Shown: positions 29,251 to 40,031 of the stretch, piece by piece | How positions within the stretch are numbered: the first letter of the stretch is position 1 | How the letters are laid out: each line of letters starts with the position of its first letter | From: Sedimentisphaerales bacterium | Lineage (GTDB): Bacteria > Planctomycetota > Phycisphaerae > Sedimentisphaerales > SM23-30 | Assembly (NCBI GenBank): GCA_963663965.2 | Contig: CAXXFK010000036.1 | Coordinates: 45,089 to 109,088 of the forward strand | Length of the DNA stretch: 64,000 bases | Direction of reading: 5' to 3' | The notes under the pieces: generated by a model | Databases searched by the model: none | What the model was told of the DNA's origin: nothing | Seen by the model: only the letters and a program-made list of their open reading frames with translations | Position numbers and translations under genes: made by a program

Positions 29251-29370
29251 GGATGCCTCGCTTTCGTATATTATTTAAGGATCGATCGGTATTATCTGAT
29301 GTTCTATAAGGGTTTATATCTGATTATAAACGTGCTGGAAAATATTTTATTGAAATTTATCAGAGAAAAT

Positions 29371-29399
29371 TTGACAACTCTACTCAAGTAGAGTATAAT
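29371..29399 (+). promoter_or_regulatory. Consensus sigma70 promoter with BlaI-type palindromic operator in the spacer
   Basis: TTGACA-N17-TATAAT. The palindrome ACTCTACT-CA-AGTAGAGT lies at 29377-29394. Confidence 0.85.
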
Positions 29400-29445
29400 C
29401 GAATAGAGTAGATATTGTAAAAAACTCATTATCTGAGGATAGCAC

Positions 29446-29838
29446 ATGAAACCAAATGAGCATGACAATGAATTGTTTGAAAGCGAGTGGACCATCATGC
29501 AAGTGGTGTGGGAAAAGGAACCCTGCGCGGCGCCAACGGTGCAAGAGGCCCTGGTAGAGGCGAAAGGCTGGGCTTATACCACGGTGAAGACTCTGATGGA
29601 CCGGATGGTGAAGAAAGGATTGCTGACCGTGGAAAAAGTTCGGAATCTGTATTTGTATCGATCAGCGATGTCACGACCAGAGGCGCAGCGGACGGAGATT
29701 GCCCGGACGATCAAGCGGGCGTTTGACGGGGCGATGACGCCTATGATGCAGTTTATGATCGAGGATCAGGACATGACGGCGGATGAATACGATCGGCTGG
29801 AGCAGTTGATTCGAGAGAAGAAGAAACATTTGAAATAA
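29446..29838 (+). CDS. BlaI/MecI/CopY-family repressor
   Basis: ESEWTIMQVVW and WAYTTVKTLMDRMVKKGLL. Confidence 0.92.
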   Translation: MKPNEHDNELFESEWTIMQVVWEKEPCAAPTVQEALVEAKGWAYTTVKTLMDRMVKKGLLTVEKVRNLYLYRSAMSRPEAQRTEIARTIKRAFDGAMTPMMQFMIEDQDMTADEYDRLEQLIREKKKHLK

Positions 29839-29936
29839 TAAACGTGTGAAGTGAGATCAAGCCGCCAAGGGTGCAGGGATCACGTAAAATTTACAATTTA
29901 ATCAGGTAAATATCCAAGATTTATGGGAGTATTCTA

Positions 29937-32900
29937 ATGGGCGCCATGGAAACAATGAATGGATTAGGAATGAGGTTTGTAGCAATCGCCTGGTCGATGA
30001 TGTGGCAATCGAGTGTATTGATCATTCTGATGCTGGGTGTGGACTGGCTGATCAAGAAACGGGCGCGGGCAGTGGTTCGTTATGCCTTATGGATGCTGGT
30101 GCTGGTAAAACTGGTATTGCCAGTGGGATTAACATCACCGACCAGTCCGATGTATTGGGTGGACAGTGAGTCCCTGGCACAATGGGATCAGGGAGGAGAG
30201 CCGGATATGCCCGGGACAGAGGTAAAAGCGATTCAGGATGAGCTTGTTACTGAAAGAACGTCAGTCGATCGAGAAACTGGGGCTGGTGGTGATGGATTGA
30301 AACAGACTGAAGTCACTACTGCAAACAGGTCAGCAATAGAACCGATTCCAGCACCAGGGGCAGACAATCCAGAACCCGCAACGGCCAGTACTATTGAGCC
30401 GGTTCAGTGGCAGGCCGTGGCCATGTCAGGCTGGGTTGTTGTGGTTCTGTTGCTGATAGGCATGCTGGTGCAACGGTACTGGTTTGTATTGGACCTGATA
30501 CGCCAATCGCAACCGGCAAATGAGTATCATAAGCAGATACTGAACCGGTGTCGTGAACGAATGGGAATCCGGCAGGAAATTGATTTGCGAATATCGCTCA
30601 ATACGGTGAGTCCCTCGGTATGCGGCCTGGCCTGTCCGACAATTTTGATCCCGGTGGCCATGGCGGGCCATCTGGATGAGGAGCAAATCGAGTCGATTCT
30701 GCTGCATGAGCTGGCGCATGTTAAACGGGGAGATTTATGGCTGAACCTGATTCAGACATTGCTGCAGATTGGATATTTTTATCACCCGCTGGTATGGCTG
30801 GCTAATAGTGTAATACGGCGGATTCGGGAGCAGGCAGTGGATGAAGCGGTTTTGGTAGCGATGGGAGACCAGGCGCCGGAGTATCCGGAGACCTTGTTGC
30901 GTGTGTCCAAGTTGGCCTGGTCGCGGCCGATGTTGAGCTTGCGGTTGATCGGTGTGGTGGAATCGAAATCGGCACTGGCAGATCGGATCCGGCATATTCT
31001 GAACCGGCCATTACCCAAGACCGCCCGGATCGGCCTGGCGGGCCTGGCGGCAATACTGGTTTTCGGGTTGGTGCTGCTGCCGATGGCGAATGGGCGGAAT
31101 CAGGAACCGAAATTTGTTTTAAAAGGAGTGGTGAGCGATGACATAACCGGAAAGCCCATTGCGGGAGCGCGAGTGGGCGATGCGGGGTATAATGATAGCA
31201 AATACTGGACGGTCAGCGACGCGCAGGGGCGTTATGAATATAAGACTTTTTATGAAGAACATACGATCTATTGCGAAGCGCCGGGTTATGGGCGTGTGGA
31301 AAAAACCTTGTTGACGTTAGCCGTAGGGCGTAAGCAGCAGGAGGATATGAATTTTGAATTGACTGCAGGTCAGGGATCATCAGTGGATTTTGAGAATATG
31401 GATTTCTGGAAAGAACAGATCGGCCATTATATGACCGGAGTACGGATGATCGATGGCGAGTTTCTGGCGGACCGGCAGATATTTGAAGAAGGCCAATCGG
31501 AACCGAAACACTACCGGACAAAGATCGATTTTAAGTGGAACCGGGATACGGGATGGTATGATTATGCCAGCCGGGATTTACGCGAGAATGGTCATTATGA
31601 GCGGAGTATTTTAAACGATCGGGAAGACTGGTGGATTACCGAGCGGCATGCGACGCGCAGTCTGGCCGGAAAAAGCGAGATGTTGCGACAGTATCAATTT
31701 GGAGTGATGTCGGAAAAGGGCGAATGGTGGCCGGGCGATATCATGCATATTTCACCGGTAGCAGAATTAATCGCCGGCGATTATTTGCGGATTATGGTCC
31801 ATCAGATGAAATGGGATTTGCGGCCGATCAGTCACCGGCTAAACGCAGACGGGATGCATGAGCTGGTTTTGAAGGAAGTTGAATGGCAGGGTAAGACGCA
31901 TCGAACGATCATGACGGTGGTCTGGGAGGATGGCTTAAAGCTGATCAATTTGAAATGGCACACTGAAGGAAAAGAATCACACATCATTACCGAATGGAGC
32001 GATCATGTGAAAGTGGGGGGGCATTGGTTTGCCCGCAAGTCGGTCGATTACGATTATCGCGGCGAGAACAATGACCTGGCCGAAGTCGAGACCGTACTGG
32101 CGGAGAAGGTGACATTCAACCGGTCGCTGGCGGCGGATGAATTTCACTATCGGCCTTCAATCGGGATTCGAGTAACGGATAAGGTGGAAGAACGCGATTA
32201 TGTGGCCTGGCCCGATCTGGAAAAAATCAAGGCCAGTGGCGGTAAGGAATGGATCGGGATCGATGGGAAGGTATATCTTGATGGCAAGCCGGCGAAAGGC
32301 GTTCGGGTGACAACATCGACATTGTATGATCCGGATAAGGATATCTGGCGGCCGATTTCGGGTCAAACGGATGATGATGGGGTGTTTCATCTGGAGGGAT
32401 TGCTGCCGGGTTTTGAATATCGTATAACGGCGGTGACCGATACCGGCAATAAAACCAGCCAGACCTGCAAAACCGAACCGGATGGCCGGGATGTCAGCGG
32501 GGTGGTGATTAATCTATCCAGTGGTTATGCATTGAAAGGGATCGTAACGCGATGGGATGGCAGTCCGGCCCGGGATGCGGTTGTCAAGCTGACGGATTTT
32601 GATGAAGTCCGAACCGATGAGCGGGGAAAATATATCATAACCGGATTAAAGCCCGACAGGGTTTATACCGTGCAATCCGCCGCCAAAGGGTGTGCGCCTT
32701 ACCGGCAGGATGATTATAAATTAAAGGTTACCGACGATTCCAGCGCCGCTTCGTTAGATATCGAACTGGCGCAAGAGAAGGTATTGACCGGCCGGATAAT
32801 CGATAAGAATGGACAAGGTATTGCCGGCCACCGGATTATCGGCTTTTTCGATTGTTTTGTGGGCGAAAGCTGGCAGTGGTGCAATACATATACCGATGAA

Positions 32901-33917
32901 GAAGGCTGGTTCCGGTTGGGCAATCTGGGCGACCGTGAGTATGAAATTTTGATACCGGGCGGCCGCAAATGTTTTGCCGCCGGCGATTCGCCGGTTGTTA
33001 TTCAGATGGTGAATGATAAATTCGCGCTGGAAACCAGGCCGGGGCGACTGCTCTTTCGAGATAAGGGGGATTTGTCAGCCTGGGAAAAACAATATATCGA
33101 CTGGTTCCAGCAGGAAGATCATTTTACCCATCCCAATATGCGGGTAAAACGGATTGATGCCTTGATGAAACAGGCCGAATCGGATGATCGCAATACCCGG
33201 CTTGAAGCGATTGCCCGCCTGGGAAATATTGAAGCGGTGCAGGCGGTTGCCAAACTGGGCCGGATCGTGACGGATTCCACGGATCGGGATGAGGTGATGA
33301 TGGCGATGCGCGCGTTGGGCCGGATCGGCGATGTGGTGTCGAGCGATTCCCTGTTGAATCAGCTGGGAAATGCCGATGATCTGGTGAAATCCGGCGCAGG
33401 GGCGGCGTTGTCCGAAATTTTCAACAGCGGCGTTAAAGACTGGACAGACCCATCGCAATGGCAGGCCTGTATGCGGCGCTATTTCGATAGGCGTCAACAA
33501 TTAAAAGCGGTCAATGGCCCGAATCGTTTGCTGGAATCGTTTTTCAAGGCGGTATTGGCCGGAGACCATGACGTGGCCATGACGGCTTTTCTGCCCGGCA
33601 GCGCGGGGGCGAACCGGATGTCAGCTTGTCTTGATTATCAACGAAGTCGTATGTCGGATGCGACGGTGCAACGCATCAAATTGTTGGCCGAAGCGATCGA
33701 CTGGCCGGTTTTGGAGGGTGGTAATGTGACCATGTTCCCTGATCGAATGCAGGTTGACACAAAATATTTTAAGTTCAAGAAGGCGTGTGTGATTGACGGC
33801 CGAAATTTTGAAGCCGGCAAGAGTCATAAACTGTTTGAGACCGTCTTTCGTGAAGTCGATGGCCAGTGGTGGCTGCTGGATCTGCGATTCTGGGATGAGC
33901 GATTCGTCAATGATTAG
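29937..33917 (+). CDS. M56 (BlaR1-like) signal-transducing metallopeptidase with carboxypeptidase-regulatory-like beta-sandwiches and HEAT repeats
   Basis: VRYALWMLVLVKL, LLHELAHVKRGD, FYHPLVW and REQAVD. Repeated G-V-D--G-P--GA-V...TD--G-F modules and HEAT repeats (RLEAIARLG, AMRALGRIG). Confidence 0.88.
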   Translation: MGAMETMNGLGMRFVAIAWSMMWQSSVLIILMLGVDWLIKKRARAVVRYALWMLVLVKLVLPVGLTSPTSPMYWVDSESLAQWDQGGEPDMPGTEVKAIQDELVTERTSVDRETGAGGDGLKQTEVTTANRSAIEPIPAPGADNPEPATASTIEPVQWQAVAMSGWVVVVLLLIGMLVQRYWFVLDLIRQSQPANEYHKQILNRCRERMGIRQEIDLRISLNTVSPSVCGLACPTILIPVAMAGHLDEEQIESILLHELAHVKRGDLWLNLIQTLLQIGYFYHPLVWLANSVIRRIREQAVDEAVLVAMGDQAPEYPETLLRVSKLAWSRPMLSLRLIGVVESKSALADRIRHILNRPLPKTARIGLAGLAAILVFGLVLLPMANGRNQEPKFVLKGVVSDDITGKPIAGARVGDAGYNDSKYWTVSDAQGRYEYKTFYEEHTIYCEAPGYGRVEKTLLTLAVGRKQQEDMNFELTAGQGSSVDFENMDFWKEQIGHYMTGVRMIDGEFLADRQIFEEGQSEPKHYRTKIDFKWNRDTGWYDYASRDLRENGHYERSILNDREDWWITERHATRSLAGKSEMLRQYQFGVMSEKGEWWPGDIMHISPVAELIAGDYLRIMVHQMKWDLRPISHRLNADGMHELVLKEVEWQGKTHRTIMTVVWEDGLKLINLKWHTEGKESHIITEWSDHVKVGGHWFARKSVDYDYRGENNDLAEVETVLAEKVTFNRSLAADEFHYRPSIGIRVTDKVEERDYVAWPDLEKIKASGGKEWIGIDGKVYLDGKPAKGVRVTTSTLYDPDKDIWRPISGQTDDDGVFHLEGLLPGFEYRITAVTDTGNKTSQTCKTEPDGRDVSGVVINLSSGYALKGIVTRWDGSPARDAVVKLTDFDEVRTDERGKYIITGLKPDRVYTVQSAAKGCAPYRQDDYKLKVTDDSSAASLDIELAQEKVLTGRIIDKNGQGIAGHRIIGFFDCFVGESWQWCNTYTDEEGWFRLGNLGDREYEILIPGGRKCFAAGDSPVVIQMVNDKFALETRPGRLLFRDKGDLSAWEKQYIDWFQQEDHFTHPNMRVKRIDALMKQAESDDRNTRLEAIARLGNIEAVQAVAKLGRIVTDSTDRDEVMMAMRALGRIGDVVSSDSLLNQLGNADDLVKSGAGAALSEIFNSGVKDWTDPSQWQACMRRYFDRRQQLKAVNGPNRLLESFFKAVLAGDHDVAMTAFLPGSAGANRMSACLDYQRSRMSDATVQRIKLLAEAIDWPVLEGGNVTMFPDRMQVDTKYFKFKKACVIDGRNFEAGKSHKLFETVFREVDGQWWLLDLRFWDERFVND

Positions 33918-34408
33918 ACCGGCATTTCAAAGACATAATCATCCATGATATAGCCATTGCCGATGTCCTGGACAACAGGCCCCATCAGGATGAATCCGGA
34001 TTTCTGATAGAATTGGATGGAGGCGGTGTTGTATTTATTGACAGTGAGCGAGATCTTGGGGAGTTGCAGTTCCCGGGCGCGATTGGCGATAAAGTCGATA
34101 GCGGCGCGGCCATATCCCCGGCCGCGCTGGTCGGATTTGACATAGAGTTTGCTGAGGAATAAAGCTGCTTCTCGCTGGACGATAGCGAAATAACCAATTG
34201 GGTTGTCCTGGTGGCAGATCAGATAATAGCTGAAACCCTCATGATTGATCTGGCGGTTTATGGCGTTAAAAGACTGGAAGTTGGTAAGCATATAGTTGAC
34301 CTGATCCGGGCCGATGATGGGGGTGTAATGTCCGGTCCAGATTTCTGACGCCAGATTCACAACTATATCAACTTGTTCAGGATTGTTGACGGGCATGATC
34401 ATAGGCAT
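33914..34408 (-). CDS. GNAT-family N-acetyltransferase
   Basis: LSKLYV, QRGRGYG and VNKYNTASIQFYQKSGF. Confidence 0.9.
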   Translation of the reverse strand: MPMIMPVNNPEQVDIVVNLASEIWTGHYTPIIGPDQVNYMLTNFQSFNAINRQINHEGFSYYLICHQDNPIGYFAIVQREAALFLSKLYVKSDQRGRGYGRAAIDFIANRARELQLPKISLTVNKYNTASIQFYQKSGFILMGPVVQDIGNGYIMDDYVFEMPV

Positions 34409-34638
34409 TATTGTAAAGTGTCGGTCAGGACAATGGCAATGGGAAAGGTGTAAAAATAACGATAAATGGAGTTTTTTCTATTGTATTGCAATTGAAAGGA
34501 TTATAATCTGTTTAGTTTTAAGGCAGGGAGAAAAAACGGCGTTAGGCTCGCGCAAGGAGAGGTGAATGTAAGTAATTAAATCGTAATTAATTATAGAGGG
34601 CAACTTGGAATTCTATCCGAACCAGGGAGATTAAAACC

Positions 34639-36057
34639 ATGAACCGATATGCAGAAAGACACAGGGTAATGACATTGGCGCTGGCGCTCGTCATCTCATT
34701 TGTGAGTATGAAAAATTTGAGTGGGCAGTCCATTTGGGATTCGACGATCCGTGGAGAGACAACAGAAGCTGAGGCATTAGTCAAGGATGATATTACGGCA
34801 ACTGAAGCCAGTGTGCCGGCCGTAGCGCCTACAGAAAGCAAGGCTTATATTGGTTTGATCACCGCAGATCGTGTCTATGTGCGATCCGGCCCGGCAGGTA
34901 TTTATTATCCGGTCTGTTATCTGCAGAAGGATCAGCAAGTGATTGTCCGGGAGGTATTGAAGGGCAAGAATGACTGGGCTAAAATCGAACCCACCGCGCA
35001 ATGTTTCAGTTATATTGCCAAGGAATTTGTTGAATTAAAAGAGTTGGAGCGCCCGATTGCGGCTCGCGTTGAGGCTACGGAGGGTATGGAGGATACTCCG
35101 GCAGCGCCTGCAGTTAGAACCGGCATGATGGGTACTGATCTGGCGGCGCTGGTGGGTAAAGAAGCGATTATGGGTGAAGTGACCGGAAATGCCGTGCGCG
35201 TTCGAGCCGGCAGCATGCGAATCGCGCCTGAGATGGCAACCCAGGTTCAACTCAAATTAAACAAAGGGGATAAAGTTCGTGTGATTGGCGTACGGGATAA
35301 TTATTACAAGATCATTTCTCCGTCCAATGCCTATTTCTGGGTGTCGCTGGATTTTATCAAGAAACTGGAAGGAGCAACCCCGGAACAATTTGAGCAGGTC
35401 AGGCAGCTGGCCAGACGTGATGTGGCGATGATGATAGAACCGGAAAAGTTTCAGTCACAATATGATGATTTTCTGACCCTGTCGAAAGAATACGAACTGG
35501 AGCAGAATAAACCCCTGCTGGCTCGTGATTATGAATCGATCATGCAGAAGATCGATACGATTCTGTCTGAGACACGGTCGACATCCATCCAACGTTCGGC
35601 GGAAAATCTGAAACGTAATGTTGAGCGTGTCATGACCGCTCAAATGACGCTGAAACGGTCGCGTGAACGCGATCATATGCTGATGATGAAAATGCAGCAG
35701 ATCGATAACGAGTTGCAAACGATGGTCGGTTCAGAAATGGCGCTGACCAACAAGGATGAAAATGTGAGCGTTAAGGGCATCCTGGCGCATTCGGCCGTGT
35801 TTACCCAGCCTAATAAGAATCGCCGGTATCTGGTGATCAATAACATGGAGAAGATCGAATGCTATGCGGTGACCAATTCAGATATGATCGATCTGGAAGA
35901 CTGGGTAAACCGGCAGGTCTTTTTGCGGGGGAATATTAAATATGACGCCTTCAGCAAGAGCCGGATCCTGTTTGTCGATCTGATCGAAGAAGTCAAGCCG
36001 ATGGCAGTAACACCGGTCATTCCAACCATCGTGGAGGAAGTTGAACCCCAGGGTTAA
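34639..36057 (+). CDS. Exported protein with two bacterial SH3 domains, coiled coil and C-terminal OB-like region
   Basis: Signal peptide, ITADRVYVRSGP...WAKIEP and VTGNAVRVRAG...YYKI. Confidence 0.75.
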   Translation: MNRYAERHRVMTLALALVISFVSMKNLSGQSIWDSTIRGETTEAEALVKDDITATEASVPAVAPTESKAYIGLITADRVYVRSGPAGIYYPVCYLQKDQQVIVREVLKGKNDWAKIEPTAQCFSYIAKEFVELKELERPIAARVEATEGMEDTPAAPAVRTGMMGTDLAALVGKEAIMGEVTGNAVRVRAGSMRIAPEMATQVQLKLNKGDKVRVIGVRDNYYKIISPSNAYFWVSLDFIKKLEGATPEQFEQVRQLARRDVAMMIEPEKFQSQYDDFLTLSKEYELEQNKPLLARDYESIMQKIDTILSETRSTSIQRSAENLKRNVERVMTAQMTLKRSRERDHMLMMKMQQIDNELQTMVGSEMALTNKDENVSVKGILAHSAVFTQPNKNRRYLVINNMEKIECYAVTNSDMIDLEDWVNRQVFLRGNIKYDAFSKSRILFVDLIEEVKPMAVTPVIPTIVEEVEPQG

Positions 36058-36094
36058 CATATGATAGTGATCCGGCTCGCCGGTCAAAAAGATT

Positions 36095-36140
36095 AAAAGC
36101 CATGCTGTATATGAGATCCGCATGGCTTTTTTATTTTTTG
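36095..36140. terminator. Intrinsic terminator, probably bidirectional
   Basis: AAAAGCCATGC/GCATGGCTTTT stem with a T-rich tail, between convergent genes. Confidence 0.7.
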
Positions 36141-36141
36141 G

Positions 36142-37233
36142 CTATCTGACTTTGAGGATATTGAGTGTGGAGGGGAGGATTGTCGTTGAAAGCAGTTTAT
36201 GGCCGGTTGGGGTAATAAGGACATCATCTTCGATGCGAATGCCCCATTTCCCGGGTAGATAGATGCCGGGTTCGATGGTGATGACCTGTCCGGGTTGGAG
36301 GGTTTCTGATTTGGCCGGGGCGATGAAGGGTTGTTCATGGATATCGAGTCCGATTCCGTGGCCGGTACCGTGGCCGTAAACCGGGAACTTTGACCGGGCA
36401 ATCGTCTTTCGGGCGATGTGATCGATTTCGCCTAAGGTGACACCCGGTTTCATGGCATGGATAGCGGCGTGATGGGCGGCGGCAACCGTTTCATAAGCCC
36501 GGATATATTCTTGAGTAACGCCGTTAACGCCGAAGCAGCGGGTCATATCGCAGCGGTAATTATGGATTGCCGTGCCGAAATCGATGAGGATCACATCGTT
36601 TTTGCGCAGTTTGCGGGGGCCGGGAATGTGATGATTGCGAGAGCCGTTGGGGCCAAAACAGACAATGGTTTCAAAACCGATGTGACCTTTATTTTTACGG
36701 ATTTCAAGTTCGAGTATGCCCGCGGCTTCGTTTTCAGTCATGCCAATCCGAAGTTGTTGCAGCATGGCCTGTAGCGCGGATTGATTGGCGGATACGGCTT
36801 TTCGGATCAGGGCGATTTCGCCGGGTTCTTTGATGGCGCGAACGGATTCGGCCAGCCCGCTGACCGGCTTAAAACGCGCTTTGACCTGCTTGCGTAAATT
36901 TAATTGCAGGGACAGGGATATTTTTGAATCAAGACCCAGATTGGGTTGGGTTTGATAGTGTGTCAATACCCGGGCCACTTCGTCGGCAAGTGATTTTTTT
37001 CGTTGAATAATGGTGCATCCGAAACATTCCTTGCGCGCCTGTTCGGTATACCGACTGTCGGTCAGCAACCAGACGCGACGCCCAATAATCAAAGCCCAGC
37101 TATCGTGCCCCTGAAATCCGGTCAGATAGCTGACACTGGCAGAGTCTGTAGTCAGGAATCCTTCCAGGCCGGCTTGCGCAATTTTTTTTATAACCTGTTT
37201 CTGTCGGTTTCTGATGATAGCCAGATTGATCAT
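36142..37233 (-). CDS. Xaa-Pro aminopeptidase/dipeptidase (M24B)
   Basis: LLTDSRY, IDFG..YRCDMTR, HGTGHGIGLDIHE, TIEPGIY and GIRIEDD. Confidence 0.92.
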   Translation of the reverse strand: MINLAIIRNRQKQVIKKIAQAGLEGFLTTDSASVSYLTGFQGHDSWALIIGRRVWLLTDSRYTEQARKECFGCTIIQRKKSLADEVARVLTHYQTQPNLGLDSKISLSLQLNLRKQVKARFKPVSGLAESVRAIKEPGEIALIRKAVSANQSALQAMLQQLRIGMTENEAAGILELEIRKNKGHIGFETIVCFGPNGSRNHHIPGPRKLRKNDVILIDFGTAIHNYRCDMTRCFGVNGVTQEYIRAYETVAAAHHAAIHAMKPGVTLGEIDHIARKTIARSKFPVYGHGTGHGIGLDIHEQPFIAPAKSETLQPGQVITIEPGIYLPGKWGIRIEDDVLITPTGHKLLSTTILPSTLNILKVR

Positions 37234-37353
37234 AACTATTTCCTGTGATGGGTTTTTAGTCCCTTACGAGTAAAATTTTGCGTAAAATGACAAAGAAATC
37301 TCAACAGGGAGACTGATGCCGCTGTGACCCTGTTTGGCTCCGGCACTGCCGGT

Positions 37354-38523
37354 TTAGGATTGCATGTTTCGATAACACTGTCGACAGAATCGATCGGTCA
37401 TGCCTGCCAGATAATCGCAGATGACCTGTTCCAGTGATTGATTGTCAAGCCGTTTGCGGTAGCGAGCCGGAAGTTGATCCGGACTGTTGCGATAGGCATG
37501 AAACAGGAAGGATAATTCGCGTCGCGCCAGATCTTTTGCCTGGGCTACTTTGGGATGGAGGTAGACGCGTTGGTAGAGGAAGTTTTCCAATTCCCGTACC
37601 TGCCTGAGACAGGCATCGGAAAAAACAACAAGTTTAAGGTCAGCGGCACGGATATCATCCAAACCGGCTGGTTGTATCTGATTGAGGCGGCAAATGGCTT
37701 CCTGCAACGCGTCGGTGATAAGCAGATTGATGAGACTTTTAGCTCCGCGGAGCTGGCGGGCGAAGCGATGGGCATTGGGATAATCTTGGGCGACTTTCCG
37801 TGAGATGGTTTGATAGATTTCCAGTTCGTCAAGGAGCATGTCTTCCGTGATCAGGCCGGACGCCAGGGCGTCATCGAGGTCATGTGAATTGTATGCGATC
37901 GAATCGGCCAGGTCAGCGATCTGGCCTTCAAGGGGGGCCTGTCCAGGCGGGAAGTTGATGAATTGGTCAGGATGATCATAGCGGGTTTCATGTTTGGCCA
38001 GACATTCGCGGGTTTCGCTGGTAAGATTCAGACCAAGAAAGCTCGGGTATGGATGTTCAAGATATTCGACAATCCGAAGCGAATGACGATTGTGTTCAAA
38101 ACCGCCAAAGTCAGCCATGAGTTCATTGAGGATTTCTTCGCCGCAATGGCCATAGGGAGGATGACCAAGATCGTGAGCCAGTGAAGCCGCTTCGGCCAGG
38201 TCTTCATTGAGATTAAGCGCGCGGGCCAGCGTTCGCGCGACTTGAGCCACTTCAATGGTATGCGTGAGCCGGGTGCGGTAATAATCGTTATCGGAAAGCG
38301 TGAAAACCTGGGTTTTGTGTTCCAGGCGGCGGAAAGCGGCAGAATGAATAATGCGATCACGGTCACGCTGAAAACAGGTTCGCAGAGGATGGGGTGGTTC
38401 CGGATAACAGCGTCCCAGTGAGGATTGGCTGGTGACGGCCCAGGGCGCCAGTATTTGTTGCTCGCGGCGTTCAAGTTGTTCGCGGCCAATAATCATTGGA
38501 GAATATGGTTGATTCTCAGGCAT
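37354..38523 (-). CDS. dgt: Deoxyguanosinetriphosphate triphosphohydrolase (dGTPase, HD family)
   Basis: FQRDRDRIIHSAAFRRLEHKTQV, RTRLTHTIEV, HDLGHPPYGH and DYLAGMTD. Confidence 0.93.
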   Translation of the reverse strand: MPENQPYSPMIIGREQLERREQQILAPWAVTSQSSLGRCYPEPPHPLRTCFQRDRDRIIHSAAFRRLEHKTQVFTLSDNDYYRTRLTHTIEVAQVARTLARALNLNEDLAEAASLAHDLGHPPYGHCGEEILNELMADFGGFEHNRHSLRIVEYLEHPYPSFLGLNLTSETRECLAKHETRYDHPDQFINFPPGQAPLEGQIADLADSIAYNSHDLDDALASGLITEDMLLDELEIYQTISRKVAQDYPNAHRFARQLRGAKSLINLLITDALQEAICRLNQIQPAGLDDIRAADLKLVVFSDACLRQVRELENFLYQRVYLHPKVAQAKDLARRELSFLFHAYRNSPDQLPARYRKRLDNQSLEQVICDYLAGMTDRFCRQCYRNMQS

Positions 38524-39274
38524 TTTTGTGAAGTTCTTCCCATTTTTCGATTGCTTCTGGCCGACGCAGATAATTTGGAATCAGAGTATCGGGATCCGAA
38601 AAAAGTCCGGCTAGCGCGCGCTGCCAGCCACATTCATGAACATGAATTGCCTGGGGTTGGGCAAGTTCGGCAGGCAAAAGGAATACTTCTGGCTGGTTCT
38701 GAAATTTATGGAGATGGTATCGAATACCTTCTCCCAGCAGATAAAGAGGTTTGGGCGCACTCGCGATCAGTTCGGCGGGTTTGAGGGACAATTCAGGCAT
38801 AATCAAATCATAACCAGGGGCGTAACTTTCATTTGACGTTTGGGGATTCCAGAGATTATTGGCTTGGTAAACGGCAGTGAATACCTTGCCACGGCCAGCC
38901 TCTAATACGGAGGCTATGAAACAGGGGGATGAATTCAGGTCTGATAAGTATTCACGAGAAGCAAGAATCTGGGCTTCCAGACTTGGGACGGCAACAATTC
39001 TGACATGATGGGCAAATGCGAGCGCTTTAGCCAGTGTGACTGCGATCCGAATCCCGGTAAAACTTCCCGGGCCGTAGGATACAAACAGGCAGTCGATATC
39101 ACTGGATGACCAGTTTTGCTCACTACATAACTTAGCCAGGGTAGGGATCAGTTCGCCAGAATGGCGTAATGCATCGCTAAATGATTTTTGGCAAATGACT
39201 TGAGGCCCAATGCCCGCGGCCAGATTGCCAACCCGGCCTGAGGTTTCTATAGTAATAATTTTCCAGTTATTCAT
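38516..39274 (-). CDS. tsaB: tRNA threonylcarbamoyladenosine biosynthesis protein TsaB
   Basis: ITIETS, GPGSFTGIRI and PNYLR. Confidence 0.9.
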   Translation of the reverse strand: MNNWKIITIETSGRVGNLAAGIGPQVICQKSFSDALRHSGELIPTLAKLCSEQNWSSSDIDCLFVSYGPGSFTGIRIAVTLAKALAFAHHVRIVAVPSLEAQILASREYLSDLNSSPCFIASVLEAGRGKVFTAVYQANNLWNPQTSNESYAPGYDLIMPELSLKPAELIASAPKPLYLLGEGIRYHLHKFQNQPEVFLLPAELAQPQAIHVHECGWQRALAGLFSDPDTLIPNYLRRPEAIEKWEELHKNA

Positions 39275-40031
39275 TTGGGATACTATAAATAGGAAATGGG
39301 TATTTATACAATAATTTTTTGGTCAGGAAGAGGGAGAGACTCTGAAACTAGCGAAAAACCGGGGTGGAGACATATGAAATCATGCCTCTTCTCCGACGGT
39401 GTTTGATCGGGCAATGATAATGCAGATGTAAGTCTTTGTTTTTTGATAATATATGTTTGTATTATTCGCATTGATTTGGCGGACCTTTAAGTGCAGGTTG
39501 AATTTTTTTACGATGAATCAGGCTGAAAGGTATTTATTTAAGTGTTTAATTTGTATAGTATTATGTCGCTCATGGCAACTATTGTGTTAAAAGGGAGGAT
39601 TTGCATTAAAAGGCTGGCCCAAAACCGTAATCATGGTCACTTGCATTTGAGATCGTTATTGATTCCGGGCGATGAATTGATTATGATAAATCTAGTTAAT
39701 TGAATCTTTTAAGTGTCCGTGCGCTGATCAATACGATCTGGCCAACTTTCGCATTTTTTGTTTGCAAGATATTTTATTATGCAATAGACTATTAAACTTG
39801 AAAAAGCCTAGACAGGTAGTACAATGCATTAATATAACCTGCCGAAAGTAATCCTCATTGTCAGTGCTAAAAACACGGCAAATCCTCATTAACAGTATTC
39901 AAAACCGGCTTAACTCAGGGTAAATTCACCCTGTCTGACTTGCAAAATGAAGTTGCCGTTTTGCGCAAAGTTTATTCGTAATATCCTTATACCAATTTAC
40001 AGATCATGGCTGCTTTGTAAGGAGTGTTGCT

